A stretch of 64,000 nt of DNA from Tubiluchus corallicola (Eukaryota; Animalia; Priapulida), in the NCBI GenBank assembly GCA_030141605.1, contig JAQGDQ010000051.1:248001-312000 (forward strand), in the 5' to 3' direction. Positions 12,701 through 27,400 of this stretch are shown piece after piece. The position numbers were made by a program, and so were the translations under genes. A model generated the notes under the pieces. It was given only the letters and a program-made list of their open reading frames with translations. It did not search any database and was not told where the DNA came from. Numbering within the stretch: the first letter of the stretch is position 1; each line of letters begins with the position of its first letter.

Positions 12701-15369
12701 TAATTTCACTGGCATCAAAGACTAAAAAATGGTTCAGCTGAGCAGAATCACTTGGGCTAGCTCGCTCAGGCAGTTAATAAAACTGAAAATATTCATCCTT
12801 TTAATTAGTATTTTAGGTATTTTTATTTACCTCATGTGGACACATTTCATTATTAACTCATCATGCATTCGCGTATTTATTAGTACTTTTAATAATAGAG
12901 ACTGTTATCACTTTACAATGTCTTTAACATCTCTGGAGATTTAGTCACAAATGCATCAGAAATAAAAAAATGAGTATGACAAAGTAATCATGGTTACGAG
13001 TTTGATGACGATGACGCAAGTGATGCAATTATTGTTTGAAATAGGCCCAACCCAATATGTTTGGAAAAACGTTGCAGGTTTTTTTCTTAGTATGTAGTAT
13101 TTCAGTTGATACTCTAGCGAGTTAATCGCCCATTCGAGTAAACAGTTTTGATGAGCTTTATGCTTCACTGCAAAATCTCACCACACTTGACTTTACGGTA
13201 ATCAGAAACGTTTCCATTCCACTTACCGGGGCTTTAGGAAGCCTGCGACGCGTTGCTATAGCAACCATTTCCTCTACAGTGGCTTCTGTTTTTGATGTTT
13301 CTGTTAAGAATATGAAAGCTTTAACTAAATACAAAAGCTATAAGTGTAATTCCAGTAACAGATTGCAAAATTTACACGCTAATGTTAATTATTTTACAAA
13401 CGACATTAACAAATGCATTTGAACACCTTACCAAGAAAATATTAATAAATAGCAGGAATTCAAACGCAAAAAATGTTTAAGCCTTCCAAGTGCGAGATGA
13501 AAATTACTTTGCTAAATCCATTTATTGAGTAAATACTAACACAGAAATAAGCACAATATGTTTCTGGAATCAATTAAAGATCTAAAAATGCTTACGTAAT
13601 TACAAACGCATAACGACATCTGAGTTATCACACATTGATGTCAGCAGTCAACTCACTACAGACGTACGTGTATTGTTACTAATAGGTATTAACGGGCTAA
13701 TGAAAACATAAGTCGTTAGATACAGCATCATCGCAGGTCATTAATTATCATACGGCACATGTTAAATTAAATTCATAATCTATTGCTAAAACAATATTAC
13801 TAATTTAAGCAAGATTAATAATAAGACAGTTTTTCAAACTGTATGATAAAGCATTTCTCGTATCATCTTCATCATCATCATCATTATCATCATCAATCAT
13901 CATCATCGTCGTCGTCGTCGTCGTCGTTCAATGATTATTATCATCATCATTGGTCAATAAGTATTCAATATTCAATTTTCAATAAATTTTTATTAATTGC
14001 TATCATCATTTTCGTTGTTACTGTCGTCATAATCATTATCATTTTCATTATCATTGACATCACCATCACCACCATTTTCTAGTTTCATTCTTGATAAACA
14101 CCATAAACACAATGATAACAATGAAAAACAACATCAGTAGCAGCAACAGACAAACAAACAAATGATGACAATGATGATCGCAGTAGCAGTAGCGGTGTGA
14201 TGACGGCGACGGCGACTACGACGATGATGACAACATTAGACCATCAACACCAGCAATAACAGTAGTACAACAACTAAAAAAACATAAACGACAATAACAA
14301 CCTACTTTCAGTACCTCTGTTCTAGGCTGCATTTGTAAACCTTTCTGTTATGGCCAATGCCGTTGCTATGTTCTACTAACTAATAATTAAAAGGTTTTAG
14401 TTCGAATTATTTTCTATTCACATGTTCAAATGCAGCAATTGCGAACAATGCCGGCAACAGGTTTAGTTAGATTTCATCCATTACTACAATAATATATTAT
14501 TTAGGAAGCAAATACCCACGTAAAGTGCATTAGATTGACACTAAATTTTGTTAGAAGTTTGTTGGATGCAGGTTCACCGAACGTTTCTACCAGAAAAGCG
14601 ACAAGCAGTGATTTTTAGTGAACAAGGTGTTTTAGATGTTTTGCGAAATCTTGAAAAAATACCCGATTTCACTCAAGCGAACAGTGTAAGATCAGTAAAA
14701 ACGCTAGTTTTAAATCTAGTTGTGTATCTAAAAATTCATAAAGAGAAGTTAATTTATAAAATGTTTTCAAAGCGTCAATCACATACAGGAATAAACCAAC
14801 AAACAGTCGACGAATTTCTACGGATACTGGAAGATAAAATAAAAACGAATGACAAGCTTCTTAAGTACTTTTTAATCGCGGAAAAGAAAATCCACATAGA
14901 AGCAGCTTTTAGTAAAAAAGATGAAAGTGGTTTGCAGAAAGTTTTTGAGCAAAAGCACGCTAAATAATAAGTAAATTATGAATAAGTATGCTGCGATCCT
15001 GGTTTCTGTATAGACGACTGTCGCGGCTTTGACGTGCCTACATGATTTACAAGCTTGCACATAGACAAAAATTTGCTATTTATATATACATTGAAATCAC
15101 GTGTAAAACAAAGTTTCCACAATAGTCTGTACAGTTAGTAGAGTAAAAGCAGAGAGTTTTAAATAAGTAAATATTACGCGGTAAAAATTAAGTATGTCCT
15201 GCAGTATTTATCATCATCTACTCTGTTAAGACTTGCTTAAGTTCCTTATAATGGTATTATAAGAATACTAAGTCCAAATGGTTCAGATAAGTCTAACTAT
15301 AAAATAATATGTTATATATAATTATAAAACACACAGACACAGACACAAACACGCACAATCACACACACA

Positions 15370-15463
<94 letters not shown>

Positions 15464-18400
15464 TATACAACAAGGTCTTTTTTAGTTATGTACAGTTCAG
15501 GTGCAACAATCGTAAGAATTAAAATATCTAGAGGCTCTTCCTTTTGTTAAACAGATAACTACTTACTCAGCCACTGATATTATGCTACAATAAATGTGAT
15601 GCATCGTTTGCATTTTGTTTTCTAAATCTCGTATTTTCACGAGTTGCTAAATGAGAGTTCTTGTTACAGCATGCGCAGAATTTTAAGAAAATCTTAGTAA
15701 ACAGCATTGCCACATTGTCATGAAGGAAATAATTATCGTTGCAACAATATATTACCTGGACTCAATGGTATAATAAGAGAATGACGTCTGAGTTTAGAGG
15801 ATTGAGCGTTCACTTCTGCTGATCTTCTGCAGGTATATAAAAACACATTAAATTACTTTGTGGTATAACTTTGTGCTATATTCCATCGCACAGCATATTA
15901 TAACTATTATTAAAATAGCAATAAAAGCTACAGGTAAACACTAAAGCACAAACTCGGACAATTAAAAAAACAGGCTATTAGAGTGAAATAACTAAAATTA
16001 CAAATGAATCAACTCAGTCACTCGTGCGACTCTTGATTAAGAGAACGTGTGTTAGTTTAGGCTTAAAAAAGCAACAAAGCGTACCCCGTAAGACCTGGCT
16101 TAACCTTAAGGTGAACAATGTCTCCCGAAATATCGATGATGCGTTTTACTTGCTCAAATGACTTGTTAGTCAGCGAGAATTCGTCCCATTCTAATATTTC
16201 ATCACCTGTTCCAGAACAATAGAGAATAAACTGCAGCGGCAAATTTAAAGGGCTAAAATATATAACTTGACGCCTTCATATTCAAGGGCACAAATTATCA
16301 ACAAACACACTTTAAAAATGTTTAAAATTCTATAGGGGATTAAACTGTTCATTCATTTAAACTTTACAGTAAACCTTCAAATTATAGTCATTAATAAGTT
16401 TAAAATCGCCAAAAATATAATTTTGCTTTATAGAAAGAAAAGCTGCAACATTTACGGCTAATTGATTTTATTTTATTCACAATCTACTAAACTACACATC
16501 TTCACTAGACTTTTAACAAAACCACTTAATTATCACAAAATTTTGTGTGTCCTTCTTTGCTTTTGATACGTCAGGACATACTGTTAATCATGGTTCGACT
16601 GTGTAGCCTAATCAGTGTAGCAACACTGAACGACGTATCTCATTATATAATGTATGCTATCACATTTATCATCACATAAATATATATATTATTGTATATA
16701 TAAATATAAAATTGTGCTTCCTGGAGATTTGCCTGGGCGTTTTTGTATAACCATATCCATTATAACTTCTCACACATTTTAGAAAGGTTAAGATTTGAAC
16801 TGTTTAAGGTTCAACACAGTGAGTATTGCGACTTGGTTCTGATTAAAAATTCTGCAGTTCTTATGACTGATAACATAGGGCACCTGCAGAATGAAAAACG
16901 TGCACTGATGATTTTACATCTAATTTTACAGTTTCTCCTGCACAAGTTGCACATATCTAGAGCTACCCTATTGAATTCCATATACCAATCAATGTGATGC
17001 TAACTAATGCGGAAGAAATCATTACCTTGGCGAATATTTCCTTGAACGTCTGCCGGACCTCCTTTTACAACGTACGCAACAACCGCTCCAAGTGTCTCCG
17101 AATTATTATCTTTCGTTCTGCCGCCGATGACTCTCATACCAAGTTTTGCTACTAAATTATAAAGTATAATGCTGATGATGATGCTGGCGATGATAGTGCT
17201 GGTTGTGATGCTGGTGTTGTTGTTGTTGTTGTGGTGGTGGTGGTGGTGATGGTGGTGATGGTGGTGGTGGTGGTGGTGGTGGTGGTGGTGTCGGTATTGT
17301 TGTTGGTGTTGGTGGCGGTGGTAGTGATGGTGGTGGTGGTGATGGTGCGGGAGGTGTTGGTGGTAGTGTTGGTGGCGGCAGCGGCGGTGCAGGTGGTGAT
17401 GGTAGTGGCGGATATGTGGAAGAGAACGAGGCTCTGCAGTAGTTCCCTGCCAGTGCAGGTTTGTAGCGGTAGAGAATGTGCATGTCGAGAACTACGCCAG
17501 TATGGCATATCTCGAGTTAGTTTTTTACCTTGTTTGCATGGATTAGCACTTGCAAACTGGTTCTTAAATGTTAACGTATTGTTAAATTTGCATTGTAAAC
17601 TGTCATTCAAGTCTATGGTATAGCTGGCATCTTGCCCAATTGGTCGTACAATTAGCTGAATTGGGCTTTTTCATAGATCTATAATAATTTTTCTGTGCCA
17701 AAGGCCCATGTGGCCAGGAGTTACATAGCGCAAGACCATGGGCACAGTATAATAAGTATGTCTAAAGTTTTTTTTGTACTTGACTTAACGTAAACATTAA
17801 ATGTAATCACGTCGCGATTTAGTCATATTGTAATTTCTTTTCTCTTAACTAAAATGTAGAACTAAAACGCAGGTTTCTTATAATAGACCAGTAAACCTTT
17901 ATTACTAAATTACTTTATTACTAATTACTCTTGTTTCATCGTCATTGTAAAAATGTAGTAGTCATTAATAATTATGCGAATATTTAATTACTTGTTCTTG
18001 TTTTCGAGAACATAGTACATACATTTAGAAAATTCCTACCAATTAAACTCAATTCAGTATTTGTTTGCGTCGAAACTGCGAAAGTAATTGAATTCAGGGC
18101 ATTCAGCCGCGTTTTATTTTGCTCTCCCGCCTGTTCTTACAAAAATTCGAACTTTTTACATAAAGTTGAAAAGTTAAAAACAGTCAATTAAATCGTTAAA
18201 ATTAGATAATATATTTTCAAAGAATAATAATCAACCATTCATCATAATAAAATTAAGCGTTTTTGACAGTGCAGCTGTCATTTTTATTTGCACCTTAATT
18301 GACTAATCTTTGACATTTAAAAACAATGTTATTTTTTGCACACTTTCTTCGTGCAAACTCTCTAAATACCGTGCTTGGATAAGAAGCTGCAAGAGAAAGA

Positions 18401-21400
18401 CGAATACAAGTGGAAAAAATAGCTGCTTATGACAAAGTTGCAATCGGTTACGAGCAAACACAGTCGCTCCAAGATATTCTAGCGGGTATTTGATGAACTG
18501 TACGAACAAAGTATTATGGGCATTCGTAAAATCCTGAAAAGCACCACCAAAGGTTTCGTACAAGGAAAAAGACTTTCCTTTGTAACTAACATGTAATTGT
18601 TAAGTGATAATAATATTAAACAGCGTACTGCTGCCTGTGCCGAAATTTGTGGAGTTCGGTGTACTGAATCTTATCGAAAGGCTAGATTATAATCAAGGGC
18701 TATTAGCTGGCCTGTCCTAAGCACTCCAGTACGTTCAGTAATTGAAGAGAGCACGAGAGCAAGTAGAGTGAAAACGATACTACATATCAGCAAGAAGATT
18801 ATCATTATCAAGAAACATAATAAATGCCCATTTAGTATGGCTTCAGTGTGGCTTCAGTGACTTTTCTGATGATTAATTACCAGAAAAATGGGGCGCCATT
18901 TTGAGACAATTGATTTCTCAACGTTATCTTTATATGCAGGAAAAATTTAAACCAATTTCCATGAAATACGTTTCATTTATACATTCATTTATATTTATTA
19001 GTGCCAAAAATACATACAGTAAAACAAGAGAACATACAATTGCAATTTTGAAATATAGTGACACTGCAGACAAACAAGCAATTATGGATAAAACAAATAT
19101 TATATATATAAAGTCGCCCCGTTGGTTATTTTAGTTATTTAAATGAATAGTAATGATCAGTTTTTAAAACAGAATGTCACTTATCTGGCGCCTCATTTTC
19201 AATGATATACTCATCTACTTCCTATCAAGAATAAATATTTATCAGCATCGCTCATAAGGAAAAAATCCGGTATAATTGCATTGATGTGATTATATAATTT
19301 TCCTCTAAGATCCTTTAAAACAAAAAATAATTCGTCTTCGATTTCATTTCTTAAACAATATGTGCATATACGATTCTCAGCCGGGATTTTTCTTTAACGT
19401 ACGGGTTTAACGTATTTCCCTCTTTCAATACACAAAGTATGAGAGTTGATTCAAAATTTTGTAAATTTTATTTTAGCACATTTGGGATAACCAGAAAATA
19501 GATAGTTTTGAGTTGATACTGTTTTTTGCAAGTCCGATACGTTCGCAGTTTGTTTTGTCCATCAGGTTTGTTATCATTGTGGATTTCTTCTTTTCAAAAT
19601 AGGTTATAAACAGTTATCTTTTTCTAATTTATTAAGTAGTCGTTTAGGTGAATACGTTGTCTGGTTATTCCAAACAAAGCTATATACACATAACAGGTAC
19701 TTAACGAAAGTAGTCCAACAAAATCTAAGGCTCGTTTTCATTATAAGCTTGGTATACATAACTATCACAAGGATGGCAAGTAATGTGTATCCAATAGCGG
19801 ATTGCATCCTTAATTATATTAATAAAAATGGGGAAACGGCCCAGTTCTGCACTTATTTATTCGATTAACTTTGTTACTGATATTAAAAAAATTACATAAT
19901 TTAATATTGGCCTTTTCTTTAGGCACACGGTCAAATTCAGTTTGAATATGCGGGGAATTAGTTTTAATTTTAATAATGCTAGGTCCCCATACACAAGAGC
20001 CTTATAACATGATAGGTTCTACAGTGTCTATAATTTCAGGCCACAGAACACAGAAGAGGTGGATGATTATGTTAGAAATGCACCAAGTCTGTTGAGCACA
20101 ACAGTCGGCTAGAAATAGAACTATAAACCGATTCTACATATTTCATTTTGTAGTCTCCAAAGACTTTTTTCTTTTACTTCCTGTAATGTGAAATAAACAA
20201 TGTTATTCCTCTGCCCCACGCTTCTACAAGTTTGGGACTTTGACCTAATCCAAATGGTATGCAGACTTACACATAGTTTAATACGTTGAGAAATCTCTAG
20301 TGTAATCAAGAAACGCATGGAAGAGAAAGAAGCACACATGCTAAAATTTTACGCCTTTTTACAGAAAAATACTGATTATCCTTACTGGGTCAAAAAGAGG
20401 GTTCGTGACTCGGCCCTTCTTTCGGGACTATTTTATAGTTGTTTCAGCTGGAATGCTGACTTGAGGTCGTACCTCCCTACGAGTACTTATATGGAGGTCA
20501 TCATGTCCCTGGTAGGAGTAAGAAAAACCACGTGTAATGAATGATACATCATTGATTGAAGCTGGGTACCTAAAATTAGATGTATGGCTAAGGACAAATC
20601 AACAGTGAGTATGAAAAAGGCTGATAAACAATTTAGAAAACAATGAGCCACTCATTCAGGCAATTGATATTGCACGCGATGCCGGGTCAAAGTTTCTGCG
20701 TTGATTAGGTGGTATTTCGACAATTAACCCAAACGAGTACCCTCAGACCAACACGCATAATTTAAACCGAACAATTATGAATAGTGACTCATCGAAGAAA
20801 CGTATGCATATGGAACTAACCCCTCAACTCGAAACACCTGTGATACCGCGGTAGATGCTGTGGAGGAACTGTGAATGTCATTTACCAGATTTCGTCTGCA
20901 ATCACATCGTCTCCGCATAGAAACGATGGAGCGGTGAAGAGCGTCACACTAGACTGTGTACATGCGGCCAAAACATTCACACTGAATTACATGTATTGCA
21001 AAGCTGTCCAATAACTCAGCACATCAGAGACAGTTATACTTACATTAACTTTCATGATGTAAATTCATTTTTTAAAACTAACAAATTTCTTAAAATTTTT
21101 GCCAGAATATTAACTGAATATGATTAAGATTAATGTTACAATCAATTTACTGTTTTAATTAAGAAGATTGAATGACGTGTAGTATTGTATCATAGACAAA
21201 AAAGATTAACGTGTTTACCTCATTTGTTGTAAGTGAAAATACTTTTGTCAATAAATTATATACATCTCCACAGATGTAAAAACATAAAGCGAGCGGGATA
21301 CGACCCTGGAGCACGTTAGCAAAGAAGGCATGTAATTGTCCTAAAGAGCTTTAAAAAACTGTTTGACAAAAAGGCTGGGGAATAGTGCTGGAGGAAGATC

Positions 21401-24400
21401 GGATTGACAAAAATACTTCAAAATGTCTTTATCATGATTAGAACAAAGAAAGAAGTCCAGCAAATAACCATTATCTGAAATACAATCAGGAATTCCAGTG
21501 TCAAAAGATCATTATATTTGCTGAATGGTGAGGACAAAGGGTTGCTGAAGCAATGCCGAATGAGGCGGCATCATGTACTTAGATGCTGCTTCCATATGTT
21601 CTAGAAATGGAGATCGATAGATAGAGAAAAAACTTATATGGAGTAGAGGCGGAAAAGCCGAAACCACTCCAGCTGATTTTTGAGGCGAATCTCACAAACA
21701 ATGTGTAGAGAAGCTGCATAGACTCATCACAAAGACAGCGAGAAGGAAAGAAGTCCATGCAGTCGAAGCAGTATCATTCGCTTCTGATACTTGTATTTCT
21801 ACTTAATTAGCTGGATTTAGCTACTGGACATGCACATGAAAATGCCTTTTACTCTTTTTTTTATGTAAGAACAATTATGATTCTTCAACATAAACTTTAT
21901 AAATGTCGTAAAAAGCAAAATTCTGTGTATCTTAAAATAAGTATGTAACGGTATCAACAATGAATGTAAAAGAACAACAAAAAATACGTCTTTCTAGAGA
22001 AAGAAAATTACTAGAAAATGGTGATGCTAACAAATCGTTTAATTACGTGCGTAACATGAGATGTAATGATAATTGCATCCCCTCAGGGACAGCAATGGTT
22101 CAATCATAACAGATGACAAAGAAAAATTGTAGATTTTGAATAAATGTTTTGAATCACAAGTCATTTCGGAAAAAGGTGTTATGCCTGTAGTTATTCACAG
22201 ACTTCGATATTGTTGATTTTTCCCTAGTAGTTATAAAAGAACGATTAAAAAACTAGTAGTTAAGTCAAGCAGGACGCCAGACGAAATTCCAAGCTATATT
22301 CTTTAAAAAGCTGGTAGTGAATTGTGCCTTCCTTTGTCATTTGTGTAACACACATCTTTTAATGAAGATTATTTTGCCACATATATGGAAACTAGTTGAC
22401 GTAGTTCTTATTTTAAAAAAAAAGGTGATAGCTGTGATCTGAACATTTTCAAACTCGTGTCCGAACAATTACAGGCCCGAGTCTGTTATATACATATCTT
22501 GCTGTTTGAATGCTTGTATGATTTTAGTATTTTTTTTAGTCATTTATTTCACCATACACATTTACAGGTTACATATACTATATCTAGTGAAAGGGCCTAC
22601 AATGGATATAATACAAATAAAAAATACTGCACAGAAAAAGCCTCAAGCACTATTCACTTATACACGAAGGTAAATGTGTTGTGGGCAATCAAAAAGCAGG
22701 GCTTGTTAGATTGTCCCACACAGTGATAGAGAAAAAAAGTAATGGAGATAATCTGAAAATTTAAAGTGAATCGTGATAAAAAAAAACGTTAGTGCTTAAA
22801 ATGGAATGATGTAATGAATGAAACTCATATATGGAATGATATAAAAGATAGACAGACTATTATTTTTTTAATAGTATGTAAAACTAAAATAACTTGATTA
22901 AGCTAGCACCACTGTTTTGCAACTACTGTGAGGATGGATACAGTGTAGATAACAGCAATCTCTTAGATGTAGTCTATAGTGATTTTAAAAAAGCATCTGG
23001 CGCTGTAATTCGAACAAACTTCTTTTAAAATCTATGGTAATTACGTGTATATTGGTGTTGGATGTTTGTGCTGTTAAAAATTATGTTTACTTGTGATGAC
23101 ATAACTAGTTTAACTCATCCGCCATTAATTAAGCTTTTAATCTATTATTTGAATATCAGAAACGCTTTGGCGTTTTTATAGGTGTTAAAATGTATGCTTT
23201 TTGCTATACTATATAGTGGGGGAAGAAGGCAAAAATCATTCTATTTTCCTTTAAACTATTAGAAGATGATGTTAAATTATATCAGAGTGTTTGTGGGACC
23301 AAAGTGCTAACATTCAGCCTGCTCTTAGATGCATTGTTTTCATACATGTGCTAATTGCCTTACTAGAATGTAGTGTTATGCGTGACATGGAAACGCAAAC
23401 TCAAGTTATTATATATTATAAGTTATCAGGAAATAAGTTGCGTAATATGCATAATTTCAGTATTTTGAAATGGACCACTCACTGTAAAGACGTTGCGGCA
23501 AAGACTAATAGGATTAGCAATATGAATTTCAGAATAATGATAAAGAAACATCATTGAAAACGTAGATTAGACCAGAGAACACTATACCAATAAATACTAA
23601 ATCAATATTCAGCAGGTTTGGCATCTCCACTGTATAGACTGTTTAATGAGAGCTTATCTACTAGCTGTCTTCCTGCAGGCTGGACGAGAGCTAATGTCAC
23701 CTCTATGTTAAAAGGGAGTGACAAAGACTGTAGCCTGTTTTATCGGCACATCTCTATAATCAAATGGACTGGTAAAGTGGTAGAGCGGATCATAGTTGAC
23801 ATGCTTAGTGAACATCTGCTAGCAGCTGGCATTATTAGCAGAACGCAGTATGGTTTTCTAAAGGGGTCTAGTTGCGAGCTACAACTCAGTGTACTATATG
23901 ACAATTAGTATGTAGATTTAGATGAACGTAACCCACCTCATATCGACGCAATCATTATAGATTTCTCTGGCGAATTCCATGCGGTGTCGTGCTTGAAATC
24001 CTTAAGACTTCTGGTGTTTGTGGTGATGTTCAAAAATGGATCACTAGTTTTTTAGCAACAAACTATAACGTGTAGCAACAAACTACAATTTTTTCCCATT
24101 GGATCCCAGTCTCATCTGGTGTTCCGCAGGGTTCACTTTTGAGGTTCTTACTATTCGTTTTACAGTTACACACTAACGATATTTGTGATACAATTTCTGT
24201 CAGTATGGATATGCTTCAGTATGCAGATGATACTGTTGGTTACAGTCCTATTAGGGACCCATTAGATATCGAAATTTTACAGTCGGCCATTATTAAATCC
24301 ATTCAAGACTGAGCCCATAGTCGCTTGCAGTGGTACTCGTTCCGAACAGGTTATATATGAGTGTTTGTTTATTGAACACCTATTACGTACATTACATTGC

Positions 24401-27400
24401 AAACAAATAAACAAGACAGATTTAATCAACAGTGTAAGAAATGTTTACTAGAGACAAAATCCCCTTCCAAATAATATTGTGGCTCGAGCATACAGAACAA
24501 AAAACAGTTAATTCATGCAAGTATTAAAAATAGTTATCACAACAGTGTTACATAAAGTAGTATTAATAACTCTCTACACAATTGTATCTAGATTTTATTT
24601 AGACCAGAACTGATTCCTAGTCTGAACGGCTGATTCCAGAAAAGCTGCAATAATCTTACATAGTTCGATGTCTTGACTACTTATTATAAAGACAAATTTA
24701 TCATTGTCATTTGGCATGACAGACAATACGGGAAACAAATTTTCAATATCATTAAAAAAGGTTAATCTATCATCCTGATAAGGTGGACGTTTCATGACAA
24801 AGTGCATTTCATCTTCGTTTGGTTAAGGTCACGGTAAATACAAAATTGTTCACGTACAGGTATTTTACAAAAGTTGTTTTAGTAACGCTGTGCAAAAGTT
24901 CTTAAACAGTTTTCTGTAATTAAAATTGTATCTAAGAAGCTCCCGTTGTAGCAGACAAATTTATTTCGAGTTTCCCGATTGAATTTCATTGGTATTGATG
25001 TTTTTATGTTCAGTTTAAAAATACCGTTTTTGCTATTTACGCTACTATTTAGTGCCGTCTGTACTTCATATAATGTACCCACTAATAATGAAATGTGTTA
25101 TAGGCCTATCGTCAACATTAGCCTATAGGCAATCAGTCTAACTCTCATAATTTACGTTACTGTTTCTAAGTCACACAATAGTAAATTAATTATGATGCTG
25201 ATAAATCTAAGCGTAATAACTTCATATATTTTACTAGTGGACCCATGTTGCCTTAATCCTGCTTCTGTGCTTTATAGTCTTGACTTAATAAGTACTACAG
25301 ATCTTAATTTTTATTTCAAAAATTTTCATGTGTGAAAGCTGAATGTAATTCCCATAAAATTTTATTTATTGCTTCGATATGCATTTTACAGCTGTACAAT
25401 GGCAACACCAACTTAATTGTAATAATTAAGAATTATCATAGTTTAAGTTTAAAAAAACTTAAAAATTGGCCCGATTTTAATGATTTTAACTTTAATTATA
25501 ACGTTCAACCACTTGAAAAAATGTTTTTAACTCTTGTGTACTTCCTGAAAAGGCAAATGCGTTCAATGCTGCATTTATGCAAAACGTGCATAAAATTCTT
25601 TAAAATTCTCAACTTGGCGTTCAAATTAATTATTTTAAGTATATTACTCATTATAGGTTGTATAGAGTCAAACCCAGGGCCCATTAACAACAACATCAAC
25701 AGCAGCAGCAACAATACATACAATATTAACAATTTAACTCTGGAATTAAACAATTTTAGTAATAAATTCAAGAAAAACATAAAATTTCTTAATATTAATA
25801 TTCAAAGTTTAACAAAAAAACACTGGCTACTCAAAGATACTGTACACGCATCCGAAAACCTAGTAATTGGTATCCCCGAAACTTGGTTGGACAAAAAAAT
25901 ATCAAGGAAATCTTTACAATTACCTAAGCACATCTTAATGCGAAAAGACAGATGCAATTCGAAAAAAGGAGGAGGGGTAGCAATTTACATCCCAGCACAT
26001 TTCAAATCAACTGAAGCAAAAGGCATAAGAACTAATAAAATCGAAACTTTATGGTGCAACATAGAAGATTACCTAGTTGGAATTATTTACCGGCCCCCAA
26101 ATCAAAAATATAAAACCTTTCTAAAACATTTTTCGGTCGAACTTGAACGACCTGTTTTCAAAAACAAGCGTATCCTTATAATGGGAGATTTTAACATTGA
26201 CATTAATAATACCAAAAGTCCTGAATGCAAACAATACATTGAACTATTAAATAAATTCTATCTAAATGTAATAAATGACAAACCAACAAGAATATCTAAC
26301 ACTTCATCTACATTAATTGACCACTTCATCTCAAATGACAATACAAAATTTGTGTCCCACAATAGCTGCCCTTGTGATTATTCTGATCATAATTTTGTTA
26401 TTATAGCGAATCAAAAATCCCCCTCATCAAATTTTGACTCTAATCCATCATACAAACTCATAAGAGACTACAAACAATTCAATAAGACATATTTTCTTAC
26501 AGATTTAGCCAAAATGAGTTGGAAAGAAATCTATTACACTACTAATATGGATGCCCAAGTTGAACTTATTACAAATAATATTGAATACTGTCTTAATTTG
26601 CACGCCCCATGTAAACGTATAAAAACTTTTGCTCAACCCGAACGTAAGCGAAATACTAAAAGTCCATGGACTACTCAAGAACTGGATTCACTAAGAACAA
26701 CGAAACAATGCTTAAATAAATTGTGGACAACTACCAAATCTAAACATAATTGTAATAATTATAAAAAAGCGAGAAATTCATTTAATAATCTAAACAAATC
26801 TTTAAAAAACAAATATATACAGCAACAGTGCAATAATGCAACCTCTTCTAAAGATAAATGGGAAATAATTAATAACGTCATTAACAGATATAAAAACAAG
26901 CAAACCCATATCACGGAACTTATAATTGACAATAAAGTAATAAAGAAAACTAAAGACATTGCAAATGCTCTTAATGCTACTTTCATTAATTTGGGAAATT
27001 TCTGCTAGCCATCTAATCATAACAGTAACTACAGTAACATAATTTCGAAACTAAAAATGAAATTAAATACTAACACAACTTTTTCGTTTTCCACCATTAC
27101 CACAAATGAAATATTTAAAATCTTAGTTAAACTAGATATTAACAAAGGTAGTGGCCCATCTGAAATACACATGAAGATATTAAAGGACAGCGCCAATATA
27201 ATAGCACCTCATGTTGCCTACATTACAAACCAAATGATCATGCGCAGTGAATTCCCCAGTATTTGTAAGCTAGCCAATGTAACACCAGTCCACAAAAAAG
27301 CCTCATCAACTGACCCTGTTAATTACCGGCCTATATCCGTTGTTCATTGTTTTGGAAAAATTTTGAAAAAATACTATATGAACAAATGAATTATTATATA

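Noticed and set aside
17152-17623. Poly-Thr, poly-Pro and poly-Val ORFs
   Set aside because: Artefacts of the (GGT)n tract in an intron.
18303-18600. Extra coding exon in the PDZ intron (86-aa minus-strand ORF)
   Set aside because: No convincing phase-1 splice pair, it would disrupt the PDZ fold, and I recognise no motif.
25332-27008. 558-aa ORF as a host nuclease gene
   Set aside because: It is followed by RT remnants and a LINE tail and has no introns; it is LINE ORF2.
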